DNA of 64,000 bases from Alphaproteobacteria bacterium (GCA_015062385.1 SUUT01000002.1:72229-136228), one strand, 5' to 3'. Positions 1 to 9,753 are shown, counted from the stretch's first letter. The notes: generated by a model not told the origin, from the sequence alone. Program-made: numbers and translations.

Positions 1-184
1 GCTTTTGAACTTTTTTAATTTCATTGGCAATTTCTGTTGATTTCTTTTTTGCCTCTTGTTGCGTTTGTCGTTCTTTTTTGAGTTGTGCTTCAATTTTACG
101 CAAATCGTCCTGTGTCGGAGCAGCAACCGCCATCCCCGACAACAGAAGACAACCAATACAACACATGGTTCTGAATAACAGCAA
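1..184 (-). CDS. envC: Probable murein hydrolase activator EnvC, N-terminal part (runs off window)
   Basis: Manual translation from TTG at 184 (AAGGA upstream): LLLFRTMCCIGCLLLSGMAVAAPTQDDLRKIEAQLKKERQTQQ..., a signal peptide followed by coiled coil. Lies directly after gpmI, the conserved gpmI-envC order. Confidence 0.65.
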   Translation of the reverse strand, partial: MLLFRTMCCIGCLLLSGMAVAAPTQDDLRKIEAQLKKERQTQQEAKKKSTEIANEIKKVQK

Positions 185-196
185 GGTATATATCCT

Positions 197-1732
197 TTAT
201 TCTTGAATTAACAATGATTGACCAGACATTTCTGAGGGTTGTTTTAAATGAAGTAAATCCAACAACGTTGGAGCAACGTCACATAAACGCCCCTCTTTTA
301 ATCCGACAACAGTTTGCGGTGCATTTACCAAAACAGCCTGTACCGGCGTGTTTGTATGGGCCGTATAAGGAGCCCCGGTTGCTTCGTCAACCATGCGTTC
401 GGCATTTCCGTGATCGGCAGTTACAAAAACAATACCATCTTTTTCTTTAACGGCATTGATAACCCGACCCAAACAGGAATCAACGGCTTCAACAGCTTTG
501 ATAGCGGCGGATAAAATGCCTGTATGTCCGACCATATCTCCGTTAGCGTAGTTGACAATAATTACGTCAAAAGAATCATTTTCAATGGCTTCAACCAATT
601 TATCTGTTACTTCATATGCAGACATTTCCGGTTTTAAATCGTATGTTGCCACTTTGGGAGAGGCGATTAAAATCCGTTCTTCACCAGGGAATAATGTTTC
701 TTTTCCGCCATTAAAAAAGAATGTGACATGTGCATATTTTTCCGTTTCGGCAATCCGTAATTGTTTTAAACCGGCATTTGATACAACTTCTCCGAAAATA
801 TTTACTAAGTCTTCCGGCGGAAACAATACTTTTAACCATTGATTATGTTCCGTAGAATATTCAGTCATAGCAACGGCGGAGGCAAAATGAACTATGCGTG
901 AACGGGTACTTAATGAAAAATCCGGTTGTAATAGAATACGGGTAATTTCACGGGCTCTGTCAGAACGGTAATTGGCCATAATAATTCCGTCTCCATCTTG
1001 CATCCCTTGATAATCGCCGATAACACTTGGAATAATAAATTCATCATATACTTTATTATCATATGAACTGGAAATAGCTTCATTTGCCGTATTAAAGTGT
1101 GGCCCTTTGGCATTAACAAGAGCTTCATAAGCCAGCTCAATACGTTCCCAGCGATTATCACGATCCATTGCATAATAACGACCGGAAACGGTTGCAAGTT
1201 TAACATATGGCATGTTGGCAATGGCTTTTTCTAAATCGGAAATAAAACCTCGGGCAGAATCCGGAGCCGTATCCCGTCCGTCTGTAAATCCGTGAATGGC
1301 TACCGGAATTTGAGCCTGATTTAAAATAGAAGCTAATGCAATAATATGTGATTGCTGTGCATGTACACCACCTGTACCGAGTAATCCCATTAAATGACAG
1401 GTTCCTTTTGTTTCTTTTAAAGATGAAATCAGGTCTGTTAATACCGGATTTGTATCCAATGTATGACTTTCAATGGCTTGATCAATACGGGGCAAATCCT
1501 GCATAACAATCCGTCCGGCTCCCAAATTGGTATGTCCGACTTCGGAATTACCCATTTGACCATTAGGTAAACCGACATCTAAACCGGATGTTTTTAACAT
1601 TGTTGTCGGATATTCTTTAATTAACCGATGCCAAACAGGTGTATTACCCATTTCGATAGCATTGTTTTCTTTTTGATCACGGAATCCCCATCCGTCTAAA
1701 ATACAAAGTACAACCGGTTTCTGACGTTTCAT
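197..1732 (-). CDS. gpmI: 2,3-bisphosphoglycerate-independent phosphoglycerate mutase
   Basis: LCILDGWG, GQMGNSEVGH, GRYYAMDRD, AETEKYAHVTFFFNGG and DMVGHTG motifs. Confidence 0.97.
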   Translation of the reverse strand: MKRQKPVVLCILDGWGFRDQKENNAIEMGNTPVWHRLIKEYPTTMLKTSGLDVGLPNGQMGNSEVGHTNLGAGRIVMQDLPRIDQAIESHTLDTNPVLTDLISSLKETKGTCHLMGLLGTGGVHAQQSHIIALASILNQAQIPVAIHGFTDGRDTAPDSARGFISDLEKAIANMPYVKLATVSGRYYAMDRDNRWERIELAYEALVNAKGPHFNTANEAISSSYDNKVYDEFIIPSVIGDYQGMQDGDGIIMANYRSDRAREITRILLQPDFSLSTRSRIVHFASAVAMTEYSTEHNQWLKVLFPPEDLVNIFGEVVSNAGLKQLRIAETEKYAHVTFFFNGGKETLFPGEERILIASPKVATYDLKPEMSAYEVTDKLVEAIENDSFDVIIVNYANGDMVGHTGILSAAIKAVEAVDSCLGRVINAVKEKDGIVFVTADHGNAERMVDEATGAPYTAHTNTPVQAVLVNAPQTVVGLKEGRLCDVAPTLLDLLHLKQPSEMSGQSLLIQE

Positions 1733-1901
1733 ATCTGTTTCCTTTCATAAAAAAAATAATAATAACTTTACCGTTTAAAAACGGCGTCTGATTACAGATA
1801 GGGGCATTATAAAATAATTTTTACAAAAAGTGTAATATTTTTTTTGTATTTTTGAAAAAAAAAGGTATAATCAATTATAATCAGCTCAAAAGGAGGGGTT
1901 C

Positions 1902-2867
1902 GTGTTAAGACAACAGGCAATAAAAAATTGGTTTTTATCCGTTGCGGTCTTTTTATTTTGCACTGTCAGTGGTATTATCTTAAGAGAAACAACCATGATA
2001 GATCCCTTTTGGGCATATATATGCATTTTTTTGGGATTTATCCCTGCTTCCATCGGTTCATATCAACTGTCATTGGCAAAGCGGTATAGTTTGGCTCAGG
2101 CTGTTCGAATGAAAACAAAAGCGTTATCACAAGAATTGGAAAAATCTGAACGAACCAAAGAAGCACAATTAGCTTTTCTAGCCCACATGAGTCATGAATT
2201 TCGCACGCCGTTAAATGCCATTATGGGATTTTCCGCAACAATGAGTCAGGAGGCATTCGGACCGATTAAAACGCCGATTTATAAGGAATATGCCGATTGT
2301 ATTTATAAAAGTGGAGCTCATTTGTTAACGATTGTTAACGATATTTTGGATTTTATTAAATTAGAAACACAACAGGCAAAATTAAGATGTGATTGGATAA
2401 ATGTGCAAGATGTTGTTAATGAGGTTATACAAATTATTGCCGGATATCCTAATTATGATAAACGAATCGTAACGCTTGCTGATTTGTCAAAATGTCCGCG
2501 TTTATATATTGATAATCGTTTGATTAGACAAGTTTTATTAAATATTTTTTCCAATGCCGTTAAATTTACGCCGGATAATGGACAAATTACTCTAAAATAT
2601 ACACATACGGATAAAGGAGAGTTTGTTTTATCTGTTTCTGATAACGGAATAGGGATTGCCCCTAATCAAATTCCATTGGTATTACGTCCGTTTACTCAGT
2701 TGGAAAATTCAATGACCCGTAAATACGCAGGAACCGGATTGGGTGTGCCATTGAGTGCTCAAATTATGAAATTACATAATGGGGAATTAAAGATAGAAAG
2801 TGTTTTAAAAAAAGGAACAACAATTCATCTTGTTTTTCCGGAAACAAGTGTTGAAAAAAACACTTAA
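1902..2867 (+). CDS. Membrane sensor histidine kinase (PleC/DivJ-like HisKA + HATPase)
   Basis: Two TM segments; FLAHMSHEFRTPLNAIMGF H-box; NAVKFT, DNGIGI and GTGLG boxes. Confidence 0.9.
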   Translation: MLRQQAIKNWFLSVAVFLFCTVSGIILRETTMIDPFWAYICIFLGFIPASIGSYQLSLAKRYSLAQAVRMKTKALSQELEKSERTKEAQLAFLAHMSHEFRTPLNAIMGFSATMSQEAFGPIKTPIYKEYADCIYKSGAHLLTIVNDILDFIKLETQQAKLRCDWINVQDVVNEVIQIIAGYPNYDKRIVTLADLSKCPRLYIDNRLIRQVLLNIFSNAVKFTPDNGQITLKYTHTDKGEFVLSVSDNGIGIAPNQIPLVLRPFTQLENSMTRKYAGTGLGVPLSAQIMKLHNGELKIESVLKKGTTIHLVFPETSVEKNT

Positions 2868-2941
2868 CGGAAAGGATTGACTTTTTTATAAAATCAGCTA
2901 CAATAAAAAACAGTTTTATGTTAAAATAAAGGAATAATACA

Positions 2942-4240
2942 ATGACACAACATAAAAAACCGGAACTACTTTTACCGGCAGGGTCTTTAAATCGTTTAAA
3001 AACAGCTTTTTTATACGGGGCAGATGCCGTTTATGCCGGTATGCCGGGTGTTTGTTTAAGAAATAAAATTTCATTTACTCCCGAAGAAATGAAAGAAGGG
3101 ATTTTATATGCCCATTCAATCGGCAAAAAAGTTTATTTAACGGTTAATCTGTTTACACATAATCACGATGTACCACGGGTTGAATCTTTTATTGAATTGT
3201 TAAAAGAGTTAAATCCGGATGGTGTTATTGTCGCTGACCCCGGTGTTTTTGCCGAAATTAAAAAACAAATTCCAACTTTGCCATTACATATATCAACACA
3301 GGCAAATGTTTGTTCATATATTACGGTTAATTTTTGGAAAGAGCAGGGGGCTTCTTTATGTGTATTGGGACGGGAAGTCCCTCTGCCGGAAATTAAAGAA
3401 ATACGCAAAAAATGTCCGGATATTCGTTTAGAAACATTTGTTCATGGGGCATTATGTGTCAGTTATTCGGGACGGTGCTTGCTTTCAAACTTTATGACAG
3501 GTCGTAGTGCTAATAAAGGAAATTGTGCCCATTCTTGTCGTTGGCGTTATAAATTATATGAAACAAAAGAAACCGAAAGAGTAAATGACGAACATACCTA
3601 TTACATTGAAGAAGAAACACGCCCACACGAGTTAATGCGAATTGATGAAGATGAACATGGTACATATATTATGAATTCCCGTGATTTGTGTTGGTTGCCT
3701 CGTTTGCCGGATTTATTGCCAATAGGAATTGATTCGTTTAAAATTGAAGGACGTAATAAATCAGAATACTATGCAGCCATTACGGCTCGCACATATCGAC
3801 AGGCCATAGATGATTGGTTTGAAAATCCCCACAACTGGGATGCCGAAAAATACATGTCCGAAATAATGACTTTACAATCAAGAGGTTATACATTGGGATT
3901 TTTAGATGGCAATGCCGGACCGGAAGCACATAATTACGATGTTTCGGCAAGTGCCGGCGGATGGCGTTATGCTGGTTTGGTTCGGGGAACAAATAATAAT
4001 CGATTGATTATGGAAGTGAAACACAAAATTATCAAAGGAATGGAATTAGAGTTTTTATCACCTCATCAATTTGAACCAATTCGGATAACGGTAGATACGT
4101 TTTATGATGCCCGTACCGGAAATGTTGTAGATGAGTTGTCATCCGGTCATTTGGGACAGGCTATTGAAATTCCCGTTTCGGCAGAAATTTTATCAAAATT
4201 ACCGCCATTAAGTGTTGTCAGAACAAAAATTCAGGAATAG
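2942..4240 (+). CDS. U32 family peptidase (TrhP/YegQ-like tRNA hydroxylation protein)
   Basis: KPELLLPAG, GADAVY, HISTQAN, HGALCVSYSGRCLLS, CAHSCRW and KIEGR motifs. Confidence 0.88.
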   Translation: MTQHKKPELLLPAGSLNRLKTAFLYGADAVYAGMPGVCLRNKISFTPEEMKEGILYAHSIGKKVYLTVNLFTHNHDVPRVESFIELLKELNPDGVIVADPGVFAEIKKQIPTLPLHISTQANVCSYITVNFWKEQGASLCVLGREVPLPEIKEIRKKCPDIRLETFVHGALCVSYSGRCLLSNFMTGRSANKGNCAHSCRWRYKLYETKETERVNDEHTYYIEEETRPHELMRIDEDEHGTYIMNSRDLCWLPRLPDLLPIGIDSFKIEGRNKSEYYAAITARTYRQAIDDWFENPHNWDAEKYMSEIMTLQSRGYTLGFLDGNAGPEAHNYDVSASAGGWRYAGLVRGTNNNRLIMEVKHKIIKGMELEFLSPHQFEPIRITVDTFYDARTGNVVDELSSGHLGQAIEIPVSAEILSKLPPLSVVRTKIQE

Positions 4241-4320
4241 ATGTAAAATTTTGAAAAAAAACTCCGTCAATTTTATTGGCGGAGGGATAATTTATGAAAA
4301 AAATGAATATTTTTTTATTA

Positions 4321-4893
4321 TTAATCACCCATTTGACGTTCTTTTTGGCTTTGCGGTATATAGGACGGAATTGATTGAGCTGGAATTTTAACCGGAGAAG
4401 GATAAGCTCCCCCAACATAATTTTTTTGTGCATGTTCCATTTTTGTTGATAAAAAGGAAATAACTTGTTTACAGGATGCTATTTCATTTTCAATATTTAT
4501 TGTTTGGTGTGAAAATGACGTATATATACCATATATTTTATCTAAATTTAATCGGTGTAAATTTTCTTGTGCACATTCAAGAGGTGTTCTGCCAAAAGAG
4601 TCTGTTGCAAAAATATCAGCTCCAAATTCTACAAAAAGTTTAACAGCATCATTCGCTCCACGGGAAGCTAATATATGTATTGCCTTTTTACCAACTGAAA
4701 ATTGAGCTTCATTAATGTCAATTTTATGTTCTGTAATTAATTTTTTATAAAAATCGGCATCATTTAAACCATTTTGAACGGCATAGTAAAAAACATCCTT
4801 GGGCAAACACCCGCCTTTTAAGCACATTTCAAACGTATAACGACTATATGCTGTTGATAATTTCCAATCTAATTCATTATTATATATATCCAT
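4321..4893 (-). CDS. Ankyrin-repeat-containing protein
   Basis: GKKAIHILASRGANDAVKLFVEFGADIFATDSFGRTPLECA matches the ankyrin consensus. Confidence 0.75.
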   Translation of the reverse strand: MDIYNNELDWKLSTAYSRYTFEMCLKGGCLPKDVFYYAVQNGLNDADFYKKLITEHKIDINEAQFSVGKKAIHILASRGANDAVKLFVEFGADIFATDSFGRTPLECAQENLHRLNLDKIYGIYTSFSHQTINIENEIASCKQVISFLSTKMEHAQKNYVGGAYPSPVKIPAQSIPSYIPQSQKERQMGD

Positions 4894-4991
4894 TTTTTTT
4901 CCTTTCTGCGAAAGTAAGTAAAATAATTAAAATCAAGTTAAAAGTCAAGAAAAAATAAAAAAATGCTTTTATAAATTAATTTTTTTTAATC

Positions 4992-5020
4992 TTGACAGTC
5001 ATTTGAGGATATGATAAAAT
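4992..5020 (+). promoter_or_regulatory. Sigma70-like promoter upstream of the uridine kinase-like gene
   Basis: TTGACA (4992-4997), 17 bp, TAAAAT (5015-5020). Confidence 0.6.
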
Positions 5021-5155
5021 GCTTTTGTTATGATAAAAACATCTCAAAATATCAACAAAAAACGCAAAAATCTTTCTTGGAGAGATCCGGCATAACATAC
5101 CTTTTTTAATATAACGTTTTATTTTGATAATTATATTAAGAAAGGATTTTAAAAA

Positions 5156-5872
5156 ATGACTTTATCACACTTGAAATCGACAGAACCGTTTATTCTGTCG
5201 GCAACGTCAAAATTATTACTTAGAGAATTGGCTCATTTACGCCAGACGGCACAAAACAGACCTGTATTAATCGCTATTTCTGGTGAAAGTGCTGCCGGAA
5301 AAACAACGTTCATCAATACATTAAAACGGGTATTGAAATCGGCAAGTTTTATTGATGCTGATAATTATTTTATTGATTTTTCAAAGAAAATTCAAAAGGC
5401 AGGTTCTTTTGCAAATTTGGTAGAACAAGGGTTTGAAAGTGATGCTCCCAGTTCATTCCAATTACAACAAATGGAGCAGGATTTAAAAACTTTAAAAGAA
5501 AATAAAAGTGTCTCAATTCCATTATATGATATGAAAACCGGAAAAAGCATTCCTCAGGCACAACCTATACAGCCGAGAACGTTTATATTTGTTGCCGGTA
5601 TATGCACGTTATACAAACCTGTATCGGATTTATTTGATTTTAAAATCTATTTACAGGCGGATGAAAAATTAAGATTTGAACGGTATATGAAACGGGCAAA
5701 TGAACGTGGGCAAACGGCATCTGAAGCTCAACGACAATATGCTTATATATCAGAAATGGCACAAAAATATATTTTGCCTCAACAAAAACAGGCTGATATT
5801 ATTGTGAAGGGTCGATTGCCAAAACATTATTTGCAACAGTTGTTTATACAAACTATTCGATCCATAGCGTAA
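5156..5872 (+). CDS. Uridine kinase / PRK family P-loop kinase
   Basis: IAISGESAAGKTT Walker A, DNYF, IPLYD, FDFKIYL, RG...YILPQQKQADII. Confidence 0.8.
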   Translation: MTLSHLKSTEPFILSATSKLLLRELAHLRQTAQNRPVLIAISGESAAGKTTFINTLKRVLKSASFIDADNYFIDFSKKIQKAGSFANLVEQGFESDAPSSFQLQQMEQDLKTLKENKSVSIPLYDMKTGKSIPQAQPIQPRTFIFVAGICTLYKPVSDLFDFKIYLQADEKLRFERYMKRANERGQTASEAQRQYAYISEMAQKYILPQQKQADIIVKGRLPKHYLQQLFIQTIRSIA

Positions 5873-6078
5873 TAATTAAAGTTGTTTAACTAATCAGTTA
5901 AAGTCCTCTCTCCATTATGATTAAATTCATTTATGGAGAGGGGATATATTTGTTCTAGTAAAAATGCTTCTGTATTTTTCCAAAATGATGATAAAGCATT
6001 ACACCAATCGTCATCAACCCAGTTTAAAGAAAAAAGATATATATTTTATAAATTATTGAAAGCATTTAAAGATTTGAT

Positions 6079-6405
6079 TTGAGCATTAAGAATAATAATG
6101 ATTTTTCGCATGCAAATAGTACACTTTTAAGTAACAATTCCGAAGTATATAAATTAACGGAAAGTGCATTGTTAAGTATTCAAAATCTTATTTCTATTCG
6201 TAAGGAATCTATGCAAAGTTATAAGGACTGCGGAGAAATAAACGTTCTTTCTTTAAAAAAAGCCGAGATAGAAGCAAGAAGAGCCTTGATTCGTATGGAA
6301 AATTGTTTTATTCAAATGAATGAAAAAGCATTTCATCATCTTGAAACAACGCCTTATTCGCAGAAGGTCTTTTTGTCACAAAAACAACAAAGACAGTCTT
6401 ATTAA
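6079..6405 (+). CDS. Hypothetical protein
   Basis: 108-aa ORF with TTG start and no recognisable motif; true start uncertain. Confidence 0.4.
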   Translation: MSIKNNNDFSHANSTLLSNNSEVYKLTESALLSIQNLISIRKESMQSYKDCGEINVLSLKKAEIEARRALIRMENCFIQMNEKAFHHLETTPYSQKVFLSQKQQRQSY

Positions 6406-6553
6406 TATTTTAATTTAATATCGTGCTATCAAATAGTTTTACAGATATCAAAACCTTACCGATATCTATTATACTTTCGGAACATATTATACTGTCCGAC
6501 AATTTGTGTCAGTTAATTAGCGAAAGCGTCTGTCTTTATATAATTTAGACTAT

Positions 6554-7222
6554 TTATTCGGTTCGAATGCGTTCTTTTCCTTTTTTGATATAAAGCGTTA
6601 ACCCAATGATTTCATTCATTTTATCAAATGATAATTGATCTAGATGCATTTCTAACTCAATTTCACGTAATCTATCAATCATGGCGTTAACACGTGCTTC
6701 TAATTCCGCCCGTTCATCCGGACTTAATTTAGATAAATTTCGTCTCATTTGAGGTAATTCGGCTTCAATACGGTCTCTTGTTTTTTCTAAATCCTTTAAT
6801 ACATTTACGCCTTCTGTGGTTGCCGTTAATTCAATTACTTTGTTATTGACTGCTACTTTTTCACGATACATATCTCGAATGGGATCCATTGGACTGGTTG
6901 CGGCATTTTTTAATTTTGCCTGTGTACGGGCAAAACTCATAAAAACATTACAGCGATGTAAGTGATTAACTAATTTTTGTGTTGCCGTATAGTTTTTATC
7001 TCCGTACTTCATACGTGAAAAGATATCGGCAGCTGTTTGAAATTCCAACAAAATATCATTCTCAACCGTTTCAATTTGAGATAATTCCGTATCAGTAATT
7101 TTTCCGTCTGAAAAAGCTGCTTTTACAAACGAAATCAAATCACGATAACGGCCTATTATTGGAAAACGTGACTTTTGTAAATATTCCGGAACACTGTTGT
7201 TATATTGAGCTTCTTCTGACAT
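6554..7222 (-). CDS. Hypothetical alpha-helical/coiled-coil protein
   Basis: 222-aa ORF with strong GGAGAGG RBS and charged helical composition. Confidence 0.7.
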   Translation of the reverse strand: MSEEAQYNNSVPEYLQKSRFPIIGRYRDLISFVKAAFSDGKITDTELSQIETVENDILLEFQTAADIFSRMKYGDKNYTATQKLVNHLHRCNVFMSFARTQAKLKNAATSPMDPIRDMYREKVAVNNKVIELTATTEGVNVLKDLEKTRDRIEAELPQMRRNLSKLSPDERAELEARVNAMIDRLREIELEMHLDQLSFDKMNEIIGLTLYIKKGKERIRTE

Positions 7223-7359
7223 AGTTTCCTCTCCTTTATATATATGTATCTCCCTATCCGATACTAATATACTTCATTTTTTTACCCTGTTCAATCATTT
7301 TTGTACATAAATACAAAAAAATTTAAACAGGGTAGTAAATTTTTCTTAAAATATATTGG

Positions 7360-7812
7360 TTAAGCTAATTCTTTTAAAACCGTATCCACATGACCGGGAA
7401 CTTTTATATTTCGCCAAGATTGTGCTATATCTCCGTTCTCATCCAACAAAAATGTACTACGTTCAATGCCCATATATTTTCGACCGTACATGGATTTTTC
7501 TTTCCATACATCAAAGGCTTCACTTAATTTGTGGTCACTGTCGGATAATAAAATAAAGTTCAAATTGTGATCTTTTTGAAATTTTTGATGGCTCTTAATA
7601 TTATCCGGACTAACACCGATAACAGTCGCTTTTCCTGTTAATCTGTTATAGCTGTCCCGAAATTGACAGGCTTCTGCTGTACATCCGCTTGTGTTGTCTT
7701 TGGGATAAAAGTATAATACAACTTTTTTCCCTTTAAACGCATCCAGTGAAACATTTATTTCATTGCCATTTTCATCGATTCCTTCAAATTTTTCAGTTAA
7801 ATATGTCGCCAT
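7360..7812 (-). CDS. bcp: Peroxiredoxin, Bcp/PrxQ family
   Basis: VVLYFYPKDNTSGCTAEACQFRD; YGRKYMGIERSTFL. Confidence 0.95.
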   Translation of the reverse strand: MATYLTEKFEGIDENGNEINVSLDAFKGKKVVLYFYPKDNTSGCTAEACQFRDSYNRLTGKATVIGVSPDNIKSHQKFQKDHNLNFILLSDSDHKLSEAFDVWKEKSMYGRKYMGIERSTFLLDENGDIAQSWRNIKVPGHVDTVLKELA

Positions 7813-8015
7813 TTTTTTCTCCTTTCAGCCATAAAAGAGTATAAGAAGACATACAGATAAAATCAAGTATTCTTTTTATGGGGATTTACAAACATTTTTA
7901 TTGTTGCTTTTTGAATGATATAGAAACATGATGCTTTCAGTTGTTTCGGACTTTTTTTGTTTTTTGCATTTGTAGGGCTTTTTTATTCCAACAACTTGAG
8001 TCCTTGTTGCTCTAT

Positions 8016-8056
8016 CGTCACCCCGTACTCCGATACGGGGTCTTGTTGCGATAATG
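8016..8056 (-). repeat. Single degenerate CGTC-type REP-like palindrome related to the 199-bp repeat unit
   Basis: Minus strand reads cattatcgcaacaagaccccgtatcggagtacggggtgacg, versus repeat unit cattatcgtgacgagactccgtgtcggggcacggagtgacg. Confidence 0.7.
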
Positions 8057-8362
8057 GCAGTACATATTCTCAAAAAAAATAAATAAAAAATAGGGAAAAG
8101 AAAAAGTGAACAACAGGAAAAGGGGCATAAACGAACGTATAACGATAATAAAGGAGTACGGGGAGGGGATAAGGATAAGGAAAAAGAGGGTATTTAGAGT
8201 AAAAATAAACGAAAAAGAGAGGTAAAAAAACAGCAGGGGATAAACGAGAAGAAAAATACCTGTAAAAAATCGTATAAAATATTGAAAAGAAAGGAAAAAA
8301 GACTTGATTTTTTTGAAGAAAAAGGGTAAATTGAGGTGTAACCAAAAATAAATGGAGGAAAA

Positions 8363-8731
8363 ATGAAGAAAATATTGTTAGTAATGGCTCTTTCAATGGT
8401 GTTGCCAAGTGTGGCTTTGGCTGCTTGTGAGGGGGGCGAAGAAATTACCGGAAAAAACGGTCAAAAATACTGTGTTAGTAATCAAACGATGAATTGGTGG
8501 AGTGCGTTTGCATGGTGTAAAGCAAATGGTCTTCATTTGGCAACGTTAGATGAAGCATGTAATAACCAAGCTTGGTCAGGTGGTTGTCCAAATATAAATG
8601 TAGGTATAAATAAATGGGCATGGACGGCAATCGCATCGGGGGACAGTGCCGCCTATGCCGTTAATCTTCTCCATCGTGGTAATGTGTCCACCTACGCACG
8701 CACCGACAACTACTACGCCTTATGTTTATAA
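8363..8731 (+). CDS. DGR target protein: small secreted C-type-lectin-fold protein with C-terminal variable region
   Basis: Sec signal MKKILLVMALSMVLPSVALA; CLec-like MNWWSAFAWCKANGLHLA...WAWT...YALCL; 3' end is the VR matching the TR. Confidence 0.92.
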   Translation: MKKILLVMALSMVLPSVALAACEGGEEITGKNGQKYCVSNQTMNWWSAFAWCKANGLHLATLDEACNNQAWSGGCPNINVGINKWAWTAIASGDSAAYAVNLLHRGNVSTYARTDNYYALCL

Positions 8732-8744
8732 CCCCGCTTTTAAA
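8644..8744 (+). repeat. DGR variable repeat (VR) plus IMH
   Basis: Aligns to the reverse complement of 11240-11337. 14 substitutions, all at TR adenines, plus one 3-nt insertion. Ends in TAACCCCGCTTTTAAA (IMH) versus TAACCCCGCCTTTAAA in TR (IMH*). Confidence 0.96.
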
Positions 8745-8763
8745 CCACTACTTAAAAGAGTTT

Positions 8764-8793
8764 AAAATCCGCCTGATTGGGCGGATTTTTTTT
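8764..8793 (+). terminator. Hairpin after VR (intrinsic terminator and/or DGR target-recognition hairpin)
   Basis: AAAATCCGCC-tgattg-GGCGGATTTT followed by a T run, 20 nt after the IMH. Confidence 0.75.
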
Positions 8794-8972
8794 GTCCCTT
8801 TTATTAAAAAAAAGGGACAGGCAACAAAAGCCGACTCTCCCCACACGGGGACCGTGTGGGGAAAAAAATAAAAGCAAGGTATTTTGAAAATTTATGACAA
8901 GACGACGGATTTTAATTTTATCAACAAACATCTTTATATATTCCTCAATGACAGCAGGTATTTTATACCTAC

Positions 8973-9753
8973 CGTCATACTGAACTTGTTTCAGATTTGC
9001 AACGGGGGGGATAAATCTTTACATTTACGTCATGCCGGATTCAGTCCGGCATCTCGGGAAGAAGTGGCAGGAATGATGAGCCATTATCGTGACGCGACTC
9101 CGTGTCGGGGCACGGAGTGATGGTAGGACTAAAAATCGGAACAAGCCCGAAGTGACGTTTTCACTATCCATCGTCATGCTGAACTTGTTTCAGATTCGCA
9201 GCGGGGGGGATAAATCTTTACGTTTACGTCATGCCGGATTCAGTCCGGCATCTCGGGAAGAAGCGGCAGGAACGCTGTGCTATTATCGTGACGAGACTCC
9301 GTGTCGGGGCACGGAGTGACGGTAGGACTAAAAACCGGAACAAGCCCTGAGTGACGTTTTCACTATCCATCGTCATACTGAACTTGTTTCAGATTCGCAT
9401 CGGGGGGGGATAAATCTTTACATTTACGTCATGCCGGATTCAGTCCGGCATCTCGGGAAGAAGTGGCAGGAACGCTGTGCTATTATCATGACGAGACTCC
9501 GTGTCGGGGCACGGAGTGACGGTAGGACTAAAAATCGGAACAAGCCCGAAGTGACGTTTTCACTATCCATCGTCATACTGAACTTGTTTCAGATTCGCAA
9601 CGGGGGGGATAAATCTTTACATTTACGTCATGCCGGATTCAGTCCGGCATCTCGGGAAGAAGTGGCAGGAATGATGAGCCATTATCGTGACGAGACTCCG
9701 TGTCGGGGCACGGAGTGACGGTAGGACTAAAAATCGGAACAAGCCCGAAGTGA
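8973..9753. repeat. Tandem array of about 4 copies of a 199-200 bp unit built from CGTC-type REP-like palindromes
   Basis: Units start at 8973, 9172, 9371 and 9571. Each has CGTCAT(A/G)CTGAACTTGTTTCAG, CGTCATGCCGGATTCAGTCCGGCATCTC and GACTCCGTGTCGGGGCACGGAGTGA. Confidence 0.95.

Noticed and set aside
5030-5095. Leader peptide MIKTSQNINKKRKNLSWRDPA before the uridine kinase-like gene
   Set aside because: No RBS and no attenuator structure evident; unsupported.
8070-8408. 112-aa Phe-rich ORF on the minus strand
   Set aside because: Artefact of the purine-rich tract; overlaps the target's promoter and start.
8884-9718. ORFs 8884-9120, 9089-9319 and 9431-9718
   Set aside because: Translations of the palindromic repeat array, with no RBS or protein-like features.
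8973-9753. CRISPR array
   Set aside because: Units are ~199 bp and near-identical throughout, with no unique spacers and no cas genes.
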